DNA of 35,402 nucleotides from Coleofasciculaceae cyanobacterium (GTDB lineage Bacteria; Cyanobacteriota; Cyanobacteriia; Elainellales; Elainellaceae): assembly GCA_036703495.1 (NCBI GenBank), contig DATNOY010000067.1, positions 1 through 35,402 of the forward strand. Direction: 5' to 3'. Position numbers and translations under genes: made by a program. The notes beneath the pieces were generated by a model, which worked only from the letters and a program-made list of their open reading frames with translations, was not told the origin of the DNA and made no database searches. Positions 1 to 8,576 of the stretch are shown here, piece by piece. Every line of letters begins with the position of its first letter. The first letter of the stretch is position 1.

Positions 1-24
1 GGCTGTAGGAGCGCTCCTACAGCC
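1..24. terminator. Perfect 24-nt palindrome (GGCTGTAGGAGC/GCTCCTACAGCC) at the window edge. Possible terminator hairpin between an upstream gene and the TerC gene.
   Basis: Arms 1-12 and 13-24 are exact reverse complements, followed by GACTTTTAAAA. The window edge prevents seeing the other flank. Confidence 0.35.
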
Positions 25-81
25 GACTTTTAAAATCAGAAAGTCTCGAAATGCCTGGAAAATTAACCAATCCCTATGCCG

Positions 82-864
82 CTACGACTCTACTGTCATC
101 TCTTGAGGTTCAGGCAGCGGAGTTTCTAGCTCAATCGTGACAGATTCTGGCAGAACTTCTGGCTCCGTTTCCAAGGTATCCATCCGCTTCGAGAAGCCCC
201 AGGCAAACACTCCAGCGATCATGAGCACCATGAGCCATTCGGGTGGCACAAACTCAGGATTAACCACTCGAAGCAGCAGGCGGATTCCTACTAAAGCCAC
301 TGTGATAAACCCAGCGTCTTCTAGATGCGTAAATTTATCCAACCAGCGGATGAACAAGCCTGCCATGAACCGCAGCGCAATTACCCCAATAAATCCCCCT
401 GTCAAAACCAGCCAGGTATCTTTGGAAACTGCGATCGCCGTTGTCACACTATCTAGTGAAAATGCCAGATCGGTAATGGCAATCATGGGAATTGCTTGCC
501 ACAAGTTCGCAAACCGGGGGCCATGATGATGGAGATGGTGTCCTGATTTATCCTCAACCTCGTTGGAGGTAAAATACTGAAATACCAGCCACAGCAAATA
601 TGCTGCACCCAACAGCTCAAACTGCCAAAACTGCACCACCCAAGTTGCCGTTAAAATCAAGGTTGCCCGGAGCCCGAATGCAGCGACCAATCCTAGATTA
701 AGAGCGCGGCGTTGCATCTCCTGCCCATCCAAACCTTGAGCAATTGCAGCCAGGGCAATCGCATTGTCTGCGGACAAGACTGCCTCTAACGCTACTAAAA
801 CCGGCAACAGCAGCAAGGTATCAGCACTAATATTCGGAGAAAAGTTCAAGAGTTGATCTAGCAT
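82..864 (-). CDS. TerC-family integral membrane protein
   Basis: 260-aa ORF with multiple hydrophobic helices. The N-terminal LEAVLSADNAIALA motif and a second AFSLDSV motif are typical of TerC/Alx-type proteins. ATG at 864. Confidence 0.85.
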   Translation of the reverse strand: MLDQLLNFSPNISADTLLLLPVLVALEAVLSADNAIALAAIAQGLDGQEMQRRALNLGLVAAFGLRATLILTATWVVQFWQFELLGAAYLLWLVFQYFTSNEVEDKSGHHLHHHGPRFANLWQAIPMIAITDLAFSLDSVTTAIAVSKDTWLVLTGGFIGVIALRFMAGLFIRWLDKFTHLEDAGFITVALVGIRLLLRVVNPEFVPPEWLMVLMIAGVFAWGFSKRMDTLETEPEVLPESVTIELETPLPEPQEMTVES

Positions 865-871
865 TAATCAG

Positions 872-901
872 TAATTAAAATTCACGAGCAATGAATGTCA
901 A
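872..901 (-). promoter_or_regulatory. Candidate sigma70-type promoter for the TerC gene (-35 TTGACA, 17-nt spacer, -10 TTAATT). It sits so close to the ATG that the mRNA would be nearly leaderless.
   Basis: Minus strand reads TTGACA (896-901), 17 nt, TTAATT (873-878), then 8 nt to the ATG at 864. Confidence 0.3.
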
Positions 902-915
902 CAGCGTGTGCGAGT

Positions 916-937
916 CTAGCAATTAACTAGCAATTAA
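916..937. repeat. Perfect 11-bp tandem duplication CTAGCAATTAA x2
   Basis: 916-926 equals 927-937 by direct reading. Confidence 0.9.
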
Positions 938-1339
938 ACTGGTTTATTTTACTCATTTGGGCGCTAGAGGAGTTGCTTCTCTAACCTTCAGCTTAACGTC
1001 TAAACTGCCAAGATTACCTACCCAACCCAGATACCCTGATACTTTTCCCAAACAACCTAGATCTTCTGTTTCTCTGAATCTTAGATCCATAAACAAGAAT
1101 CTTTCTTAAAAATTCCCAATCACGCTCTGATCAATGCGATTTGTTCAGACTAATATTTGACCTTCGGCAATCCCGTATCAATCATACAATCTTGCCATGA
1201 GGTCAAGTCTAAGCCGTGAGCCTGAGCAGCTAAGATATTCTCCTGATTGTTCACACCTGTTTAAGATCGCTTTTGAGATTGCTATAGTATCTAACTATTC
1301 TCAACTTAATTTCACTTTGTATCCATCCCCATTGCTGCC

Positions 1340-2266
1340 TTGCAACCTAACTCCTCGACTCTATTGACGCTCTTGAATGAGTTTAAGTCCCATTATCCAA
1401 TGGGTGCGATCGTTGCTGAACTCCTGACCATTCACCAAGGAAACTATGTCGTTCGCGCCCTCGTTCAGGTGGGTAGCGTTTCGCTAGCGAGCGGCATGAC
1501 TACAAATCCAGACCTTGAACTAGCAGAAGACCAAGCCAAAATTCGAGCTTTGCAAGCGTTCGGTCTTTCATTGCCGCCAGGTTTTAACTCCCAAAGGGCA
1601 ACACTCCCTTACATGCCTCCCGAATCTGCGGGGCTAAGTTACAGTCCTCCTCCAGATTTGACGCTACCCTCCCTACCGCAAGATTTTTTAGCTCAGCCAT
1701 CGGCTCTTGAGGAGCCAATGGCTCAAAATCTGCCTCAAACTGTTTCAGAAATTCAAGAGCCAGTCATTCAAGAGCCAGTCCCAGCAGACTCAGCGATCGC
1801 CCCAGATTTTGGATTATCGTTCTCGCCCGATCCGGCTCAAAACTCAGCGTTAGACCTAGATACCCACTTGCCTTTGCTGAGCCAGCCTCCAGCGCTAGAG
1901 ATCCCAGATACCCTCGCAGAGCTGCCTTTGCCAGAAATTCCGGTTGTACCTGAGCGGACGGCACCAGCTAAATCTGAGAAATCAGCCAAGCGCAAAACCG
2001 AGTCGTCCCCAGAAAAACCTCCAGAGAAATCTTCAGAAAAATCCCCCGAAAAACCTGAATCAACTGGAGAATCGAGTGATCGATCTAATGAAATCGCTCG
2101 GATTGGTGTCGAGATGAAGCGACTAGGCTGGACAACGGAACAGGGGCGAAATTACCTGCGACGAACTTATGGAAAGCGATCGCGCCAGGAACTTGATGAT
2201 GTGGAGCTGTTAGATTTCTTGCGCTTTTTAGAAACTCAACCTTCTCCAACCGAATCGCTTTTTTAA
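1340..2266 (+). CDS. Hypothetical protein with a structured N-terminal domain, a long Pro/Ser/Glu-rich low-complexity centre and a basic C-terminal domain
   Basis: 308-aa ORF. It contains an in-frame 15-bp duplication (IQEPV x2, 1751-1780) and PEKP/SEKS low-complexity runs. TTG start at 1340, with an alternative ATG at 1400. I recognise no family. Confidence 0.55.
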   Translation: MQPNSSTLLTLLNEFKSHYPMGAIVAELLTIHQGNYVVRALVQVGSVSLASGMTTNPDLELAEDQAKIRALQAFGLSLPPGFNSQRATLPYMPPESAGLSYSPPPDLTLPSLPQDFLAQPSALEEPMAQNLPQTVSEIQEPVIQEPVPADSAIAPDFGLSFSPDPAQNSALDLDTHLPLLSQPPALEIPDTLAELPLPEIPVVPERTAPAKSEKSAKRKTESSPEKPPEKSSEKSPEKPESTGESSDRSNEIARIGVEMKRLGWTTEQGRNYLRRTYGKRSRQELDDVELLDFLRFLETQPSPTESLF

Positions 2267-2292
2267 CCCCTGAATCTTAAGCGCATTGGGTA

Positions 2293-2329
2293 ATTGGGTG
2301 GAGGGGCTACTGCAGTCCCTCCACCCAAT
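2293..2329. terminator. 13-bp-stem hairpin between convergent genes (ORF 1340-2266 and clpP). Likely a bidirectional terminator.
   Basis: ATTGGGTGGAGGG (2293-2305) pairs with CCCTCCACCCAAT (2317-2329), with an 11-nt loop. Confidence 0.55.
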
Positions 2330-2381
2330 CCTAATCTTGCTAATCTGAGCCAATCTGACATTCAGTGAATTGGCTTCAGAT

Positions 2382-2993
2382 TTAACTCACCAATGCCGCT
2401 TCAGGGCGGCTACCCACCGAGCGCTTATCAATCACTTGATCAATCAAGCCATAATCTTTGGCTTCAGCAGCTGACATAAAGAAGTCACGCTCGGTATCCT
2501 GCTCTATTTTGTCGAGGGGTTGACCCGTATGGTCTGCCAACCATTCATTGAGCTTGCGCTTGTGGTAGAGGATTTCCTTTGCCTGAATTTCAATGTCCGT
2601 TGCCTGACCTTGGGCACCCCCTGAAGGCTGATGAATCATGATGCGGGAATGAGGCAGGCTCATGCGCTTACCCTTAGCTCCTGCACTGAGTAGAAACGCG
2701 CCCATGCTGGCAGCCAAACCCACACAAATCGTACAGACATCTGGGCGAATGTGGTTCATGGTGTCAAAAATGCCCAATCCTGCCATCACCGAGCCACCCG
2801 GCGAGTTGATATAGAGGTAGATATCTTTCTCTGGATCTTCGGCTTCCAGAAACAGCATCTGCGCCACAATCAGGTTGGCAAGATCAGAGTCAACCTGTTG
2901 TCCCAAAAAGACAATTCGCTCTCGGAGTAAGCGGGAGTAAATGTCAAATGCTCGTTCGCCGCGACCAGACTGTTCGATAACGGTAGGAATCAT
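2382..2993 (-). CDS. clpP: ATP-dependent Clp protease proteolytic subunit
   Basis: 203 aa. Canonical ClpP sequence including [25 protein letters not shown] (catalytic Ser) and IMIHQP (catalytic His). Confidence 0.95.
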   Translation of the reverse strand: MIPTVIEQSGRGERAFDIYSRLLRERIVFLGQQVDSDLANLIVAQMLFLEAEDPEKDIYLYINSPGGSVMAGLGIFDTMNHIRPDVCTICVGLAASMGAFLLSAGAKGKRMSLPHSRIMIHQPSGGAQGQATDIEIQAKEILYHKRKLNEWLADHTGQPLDKIEQDTERDFFMSAAEAKDYGLIDQVIDKRSVGSRPEAALVS

Positions 2994-3145
2994 GGAACCT
3001 TATAGTGATGTAGCTTTGTCTATCATTCTAACGACCGCCTGCCTCTAGATAGATACAGAGTCGGTTATCCGCACTCTCGATCGCCTCAGCGACTCGGGCG
3101 ATCGCCAACTTAACCCAGATGAACTGAGAAACCTGAACCAACAGG

Positions 3146-3180
3146 CTTGAACCAAGATACTTGAACCAAGATACTTGAAC
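3146..3180. repeat. 14-bp tandem repeat CTTGAACCAAGATA x2.5, upstream of clpP
   Basis: 3146-3159 equals 3160-3173, with a partial third copy at 3174-3180. Confidence 0.9.
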
Positions 3181-3187
3181 TAAGGAG

Positions 3188-3616
3188 TTACTCTGACTCG
3201 GGCGCTTCCTCATCCAACTGCATGACTAAGTTTGCTAAAAACTCCTGTAGCTTCATGCGATGAATATAGGGCCATCCGCCATCTGCCTCAATGTCTCGTA
3301 GTAGTGCATAGAGCGCCTGACGGTTGTCGGGTAGAGATTTTTGAAATAGACTGTCGCGGATCTCTTGATGCAAGGACTCTAAAAGGCGTAGTAAGGCAAG
3401 TAGTTCTAGACTCTGCCCCTGACGCTCTTGGGCAGCAGCGCGGACTAATGTACCAATCGTTTCCAAATTCGCCCGCTCAGCATTGGACGGCTGTGAAGTT
3501 ACAGATTCTGAATCACTGAGCGATCGCTTCAGATTCATCTCCCCCACCTCATTCATATCGGCTTCTCCCACATCAACTCCTTTCACAAGGTCTTCTCTCA
3601 CAATGTCTTCTCTCAC
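3188..3616 (-). CDS. Hypothetical protein. The C-terminal half looks like a conserved helical domain. The start codon is uncertain.
   Basis: 142-aa ORF. The 5' end lies in a 15-bp tandem repeat giving three in-frame GTG codons (3616, 3601, 3586). No family recognised. Confidence 0.5.
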   Translation of the reverse strand: MREDIVREDLVKGVDVGEADMNEVGEMNLKRSLSDSESVTSQPSNAERANLETIGTLVRAAAQERQGQSLELLALLRLLESLHQEIRDSLFQKSLPDNRQALYALLRDIEADGGWPYIHRMKLQEFLANLVMQLDEEAPESE

Positions 3617-4202
3617 AATGCGCCATAAAGCGATCTACTGAATCATGAACTGAAACGATGAACAACTCTCTTGCTTCTGAAAATCTAATTAAAAAGTCCT
3701 CCGAATTCGGGGTACCTAGCCACCAAATAGGCTGTTATTTGAGCCTAGATTTACATAACTTGACAAAATATTAAGGCTACCCAAGTCTTTGTAGGCAGGT
3801 AAGGGATCGGCTGAAAAGCTTTGCTCACAAGGGGCTTGCGATGTTTGACGAGCGCTAAAAGCAGGGGAACTACTTAATAGGACATAAGAAAGGCAACAAG
3901 GTCTTGTAAAATTTCAGTATTGAAGTCTTAAAGCAAGCACTTGGGGCTGATCTGGAGTGAGTGTTCGTTTGCTCATAACTTTTCGGCAAAGGATCTGCGA
4001 GTTACAAGGCTATCAAATGGAAAGTTCACCAGAGCCTCAGTCAGTAGCTGAATCTACTGAAAGTTCTGGTTAACCAAATGCGCTTGCCAAGTGACTGGCC
4101 AGGAGATCAACTCTAGCTCCAAACAACCAGAGCTTAACAACCAAGGCTTAATATTTAAAATCACACGGGTAGGGTTTCCACATTAGATACTAGAGGTTGA
4201 CC

Positions 4203-5036
4203 ATGAGGTATCGCGCTTTAATTGCTGCATTCCTGGCAGTGTGCTTAGGTTTGCTGACTGCTTGTAGTGATGGTGGCGGTTCAACCACTGCAACTGCTGC
4301 ACTAACTTATGAGGACATCAGAGGAACAGGTCTTGCTAATTCCTGTCCTCAACTAGACGACACCGGACGAGGTGCAATTCCTCTGGAACCGGGTAAATCG
4401 TATATCATGAACAGACTTTGCCTAGAACCCACTAGCGTCTTTGTCAAAGAGGAATCTACTAATAAGCGTCGGGAGGCACAGTTCGTCCAAGGCAAGGTGA
4501 TGACGCGCTACACCTCTACGATCGACCAAGTGAGTGGCAAACTCAAGGTTGAGCCAAGCGGTGGCCTGACATTTACTGAAGAAGATGGGTTTGACTTCCA
4601 AGCAGTTACTGTCAAACTTCCCAATGGCGAACTCGTACCTTTCCTCTTCACCGTCAAAGGTCTGGTTGCTGCTGCTGAGAAAGGAGATAGCATCAACACC
4701 TCCACAGATTTGATCGGTGAATACAGAGTTCCCTCTTACCGAACATCCAACTTCCTGGATCCAAAGGGGCGAGGTTTGACCTCAGGGTATGACAACGCAG
4801 TCGCTTTGCCTTCTCGAGCAGACGATGAAGAACTGCTAAAAGATAACCTGAAGCAATTTGAGACTGGCAAGGGCAAAATTTCGTTACAAGTAGCTAAGGT
4901 AAATAGCCTTACTGGCGAAGTTGCCGGCACGTTTGAGAGCCTTCAGCCTTCTGATACGGATATGGGAGGTAAGCCTCCTCTAGATGTGAAAATTCGCGGC
5001 TTGTTCTATGCCAAAGTTGAACCAGAGGATGCTTAA
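4203..5036 (+). CDS. psbO: Photosystem II manganese-stabilising protein PsbO
   Basis: Lipoprotein-like signal (LLTAC), then LTYEDIRGTGLANSCPQL, FVKEE, PSYRTSNFLDPKGRGLTSGYDNAVALP and GTFESLQPSDTDMG. This matches PsbO throughout. I prefer the ATG at 4203 (GAGG upstream) to the TTG at 4197. Confidence 0.95.
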   Translation: MRYRALIAAFLAVCLGLLTACSDGGGSTTATAALTYEDIRGTGLANSCPQLDDTGRGAIPLEPGKSYIMNRLCLEPTSVFVKEESTNKRREAQFVQGKVMTRYTSTIDQVSGKLKVEPSGGLTFTEEDGFDFQAVTVKLPNGELVPFLFTVKGLVAAAEKGDSINTSTDLIGEYRVPSYRTSNFLDPKGRGLTSGYDNAVALPSRADDEELLKDNLKQFETGKGKISLQVAKVNSLTGEVAGTFESLQPSDTDMGGKPPLDVKIRGLFYAKVEPEDA

Positions 5037-5089
5037 TTAGAACTAGCCAATTGGCCGAGACTGGATGGGCTTTGGCAAATGATTCGTTG

Positions 5090-5120
5090 AAGGAGGGGTG
5101 TGACCCACCCCTCCTTTTTT
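5090..5120 (+). terminator. Rho-independent terminator of psbO
   Basis: AAGGAGGGGTG (5090-5100), 5-nt loop, CACCCCTCCTT (5106-5116), running into a T tract ending at 5120. Confidence 0.85.
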
Positions 5121-5170
5121 CAGGTCTACCTATCACTGACGGCAAGCCATAGCACCTCGCGATTGACTAA

Positions 5171-5227
5171 CACCAGGAGATTTTGTGAAAGCCCCACTTT
5201 GCGCGGCTTTCACAAAATCTCCTGGTG
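5171..5227. repeat. Long perfect hairpin element (23-bp stem, 11-nt loop), member A of a two-copy family
   Basis: CACCAGGAGATTTTGTGAAAGCC (5171-5193) is the exact reverse complement of 5205-5227. The arm resembles the arm at 29257-29281. Confidence 0.85.
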
Positions 5228-5742
5228 TTTACGCAATTCAGAACAGCCATTGGGCTGTTCATCACGTCAGGCTAAATCTTTGCTTTCTTGACCACTATTT
5301 TCTCAGCTCTCATCCAAAAATCACCAGATTATTCATAGGTGAAACGGTTTGAGGTGGGGGAAGGCTCTGCAAAAGATTCCGTAAAAATGCCGTTGTTGTA
5401 GCCCTTGATCAGAGAATACTGTTGATTTGCAAACCAAAAGAATAATCAAGCTGATCGCAAAACACCTGTTGATTACAACCTACTGAAAGCTGAACTCATA
5501 GCAACTCTTGACTCCAACAAAAATAGGTGAAGACGAACTGATTTTTGCGTTTCTATATCAGTTTTGACCTACTATTCACTTAGTTTGTTTGTCTCCCTAT
5601 CCAGGTTGCTCTACTTAAATGTAAAAGCTGATACTCTACAAAATTGTCAACCTTGTTTCTCAGTTTCAAGTTGGACATCTCTAACATTTCAACAGGCTTA
5701 AATTTGATTTCGTCATAGCTTAGGCTTAGATTCTTTAGTGGT

Positions 5743-6570
5743 GTGCGGTCTACCTACCTGAATATCGTCATGCTTACCCCAGCTCCCTCCGATTTGGTTT
5801 CAGTGGCAAATGAACTCAAGAGCGAGAGTTTACAGCTGTTGCGGGAGTATCAAAAATCTCCTTGCGCAGAGATTCGCAATCAACTTGTGCAGATCAATCT
5901 TGGATTAGTGAGAAAGGAAGCCCATCATTGGGTCAATCAATGTACTGAAGGTTATGACGATCTGCTGCAAGTAGGCAGTCTAGGTCTGATTCGAGCGATT
6001 GAACGCTTTGACATGAGCAAGGGGCATGCCTTTAGCTCTTTCGCAATCCCCTATATTCGGGGTGAAATTCAACATTACTTACGAGATAAAGGTTCAACGG
6101 TGCGGATGCCTCGACGCTGGCAAGCGCTGCAGCATCAGGCAGCCAACGTCACCCGTGAACTGCATATTCAACTTCATCGCCAGCCTACCGATGCAGAAGT
6201 GGCAGCAGTTTTAGAGATTTCTGTAGCGGAATGGCAGGAGGTTAAGCTGGCCTATCGCAATCGGGCACCGTTGAGTCTAGATGCTCCCGTGCGAGACGAG
6301 GAAGAAGGCTCTACTTCGTTAGGCGATCTGGTTCCTGATGCGCAGTACCACAGCTTTCAGTTAGCTCAAGAAGACCAGATTCGCTTGCAGCAAGCGCTGA
6401 TTCAACTGGAAAAGCGGACTCGCGAAGTCTTGGAATTCGTTTTTCTGCATGATCTGACCCAGAAAGAAACCGCAGACCGCTTGGGCATCAGTGCTGTAAC
6501 GGTGTCTCGTCGGGTGAAAAAGGGCTTGAAATCTTTGAAAAAGTTGATGGTAAGCGCAACAACCTGTTAA
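5743..6570 (+). CDS. Group-3 (SigF/SigB-type) sigma-70 family RNA polymerase sigma factor
   Basis: Region 2 motifs (DLLQVGSLGLIRAIERFD, FSSFAIPYIRGEIQHYLRD) and a region 4.2 HTH (LTQKETADRLGISAVTVSRRVKKGL). No region 1.1 or long N-terminus. The start is either the GTG at 5743 or the ATG at 5770. Confidence 0.9.
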   Translation: MRSTYLNIVMLTPAPSDLVSVANELKSESLQLLREYQKSPCAEIRNQLVQINLGLVRKEAHHWVNQCTEGYDDLLQVGSLGLIRAIERFDMSKGHAFSSFAIPYIRGEIQHYLRDKGSTVRMPRRWQALQHQAANVTRELHIQLHRQPTDAEVAAVLEISVAEWQEVKLAYRNRAPLSLDAPVRDEEEGSTSLGDLVPDAQYHSFQLAQEDQIRLQQALIQLEKRTREVLEFVFLHDLTQKETADRLGISAVTVSRRVKKGLKSLKKLMVSATTC

Positions 6571-6654
6571 GGTTCCTCCTATCAGCTTGCGATTAAGCTT
6601 GTAAGCTGGAGATGAACACTATCAGCCCGAATCGGTTCGGGGTTTTCTATCCTC

Positions 6655-8529
6655 ATGTCAGATGCTCCTTCGTTGCGCGATCGCTACTTGGCGCTGATTG
6701 ACCAGATTTTGCAGATGACTCTGAAAGGTCAGATTCGCTCGAAAGAGCAGGTCTATCAGATGCTTCAAGCGGGAGTTAGCGCTGGCACAGGCGAAATTTT
6801 TGAACGCTGTTTGGGCGATCGGCTGACTGAAGTAGAGCAGCAAACTAAAGCCTCAACTGACGAGCTGAAGCAAGCCAAAGCCACCCGCAGCCTGCGAGCG
6901 CTGCAAACGATTCGGGGAGAATGGGAACGCTGGCAAAGCCAAAACCAAGTAACGGCAGTTCTAGACGCCGCCTTGCAGCAGCTGGTTAGCTCAGATCATC
7001 GCCTTAGCGTTTTTCTGAAGGTGACAGACCCTAATTTGCCCAAGCCCCTCAGTTTGGCGCAGTGGCAGCAGTTGGCTAAGGGGATGCGATCGCTGCAAGA
7101 GTCTGGTGATCCGGATCTATCCAATGATGCCCAGCAGGAAATTCAGCAAATTTCTCAAGGCATTCTGCGTAGCTTAGAGTCATGGAACCGTTTGGAAAAT
7201 CATTTAGTCAGCTGGATTTATGACCAAAGCCGAGGGCAACTGGGGTTTGGGGGCGTGCCAGGTGAGCAAGGTCCTTGGGCAGTTTGGGCCAAGCAGGTCA
7301 ACAGCCCGGTGCCGCAATCGCTGTTCCGGGCATTAGCCTTAGGGCAATCGCCGGTTGAGTGGGTCAACCAACAGAGCAGCTTAACCCTGAGCGACTTCGT
7401 AGAGTTAGTAGGGGTCTTACGCTGCTTACAGCAAGGTCTCGTCAACTGGTTCGATAAGCTGGTTTACGACGCCAAGGTGGGCGCAAAACTGTCCATTTCA
7501 ACATTTCTAGTGTTTTCAGTGATTGTGTCGCAGCTTGCCAATGGCTTAGGACAATCCACCGTATCTCATCGCGATCGCCTCGTCAACGGCTGTTTTCAGG
7601 TAACGCTACAAATCCTGCGGGTATTTGCTCAACGCCCCTATTTCCCCCTTTACGGCGGCATTTTTGCTTCATTTTCGGGGGAGTATCTGCGAGATGCTCT
7701 ATCTTACCTGGATGAGCCTTTGCGCCAAGCAGAAGGGACTCAGGAAAAAGCGCGAATTCTTACCCTGCTTGGTTCTTCCATGCGGGCATTAGGGCAAACC
7801 GATCGGGCCATCGCCTTTCACCAGCAGGCCCTGGAGATTGCCCGCACTGCCGGGGATACCCCTTGTGAAATTGCCAACCTGAATCACCTAAGTCGGGTTT
7901 GTGTTGTCCAAGATCGTTTTGCTGAGGCGATTAACTACAGCCAGCGAGCGGTAATTCTCAGCCGCCAGAAGGGCGATCGCCTGGGTGAAGCCAATGCCTT
8001 AGCCAACCTGGGCTACAGCGAAGTGTTCCAAGCTCAGCAGTTAGAACAAGCCGATCCGGATGTGTTTGAAATGGCGATCGATCGCTTACAGCAAGGGTTA
8101 GAGCTATCGGAGAAGGTGGGCGATCGCCAAAGTCAGGCCCTGTGTCTTAGCAGTTTGGGAATTGCTCAGATTCTGATTGAAGAGCCGCAACCTGCAATTG
8201 GCTATCTGGAAAAAGGCATTCAGGCGGCTCAAATTTCCGGAGATATGTACCTCCAGGGGCAAAATTTAGCCTACCTGGCAGAAGCCTATTACCGCTTGCA
8301 AAATCAGGCTCAAGCGCTTCAGATGGCCTGTTTGGGCATGTACCTGCTGCAACAAATGGGTTCAACCAGCTGGCGGCAACCCGCAGGACTCCTGATAGTG
8401 CTGCGGGGACAACTGGGAGAAGGAGAATTTCAATCTATGCTGGCACAGCAACGAGCCGCCATTATTGCCGCGATCGGGGTCGATGGCTATGACCACTTGC
8501 CCACCTTGCTGAATCAGTATTCCAGCTGA
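6655..8529 (+). CDS. Large TPR-repeat protein (unknown N-terminal ~330 aa, C-terminal TPR array)
   Basis: 624 aa. The C-terminal half has repeated A-x-x-Y/H-x-x-A-L...GD...EA.AL.NLG units typical of TPR. It starts 84 nt after the sigma factor stop on the same strand. Confidence 0.8.
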   Translation: MSDAPSLRDRYLALIDQILQMTLKGQIRSKEQVYQMLQAGVSAGTGEIFERCLGDRLTEVEQQTKASTDELKQAKATRSLRALQTIRGEWERWQSQNQVTAVLDAALQQLVSSDHRLSVFLKVTDPNLPKPLSLAQWQQLAKGMRSLQESGDPDLSNDAQQEIQQISQGILRSLESWNRLENHLVSWIYDQSRGQLGFGGVPGEQGPWAVWAKQVNSPVPQSLFRALALGQSPVEWVNQQSSLTLSDFVELVGVLRCLQQGLVNWFDKLVYDAKVGAKLSISTFLVFSVIVSQLANGLGQSTVSHRDRLVNGCFQVTLQILRVFAQRPYFPLYGGIFASFSGEYLRDALSYLDEPLRQAEGTQEKARILTLLGSSMRALGQTDRAIAFHQQALEIARTAGDTPCEIANLNHLSRVCVVQDRFAEAINYSQRAVILSRQKGDRLGEANALANLGYSEVFQAQQLEQADPDVFEMAIDRLQQGLELSEKVGDRQSQALCLSSLGIAQILIEEPQPAIGYLEKGIQAAQISGDMYLQGQNLAYLAEAYYRLQNQAQALQMACLGMYLLQQMGSTSWRQPAGLLIVLRGQLGEGEFQSMLAQQRAAIIAAIGVDGYDHLPTLLNQYSS

Positions 8530-8576
8530 TGGGAGCTTGAGCAGCTCTGGTTTGTATCGTAGAAGTGCCAGCAGGA

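Noticed and set aside
137-526. 129-aa plus-strand ORF antisense to the TerC gene. Many similar antisense or alternate-frame ORFs exist (e.g. 1764-1964, 3232-3519, 4508-4930, 14343-15255, 28466-29117, 30013-31179, 32492-33745).
   Set aside because: Each lies entirely inside a longer ORF with a confident family assignment on the other strand or frame. Their translations are low-complexity (Ser/Arg/Pro-rich) with no recognisable motifs.
865-1000. Possible yybP-ykoY (Mn2+) riboswitch in the TerC leader
   Set aside because: A promoter-like sequence abuts the ATG, leaving no room for a leader. None of the conserved riboswitch helices or motifs could be found by eye.
5621-5634. GTA-N8-TAC (TGTAAAAGCTGATACT) about 110-135 nt upstream of the sigma factor gene, a possible NtcA site
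   Set aside because: The minimal GTA-N8-TAC pattern is expected about 8-9 times by chance in 35 kb. The outer T/A flank is imperfect. I see no TAnnnT -10 box at the required ~22-nt distance.
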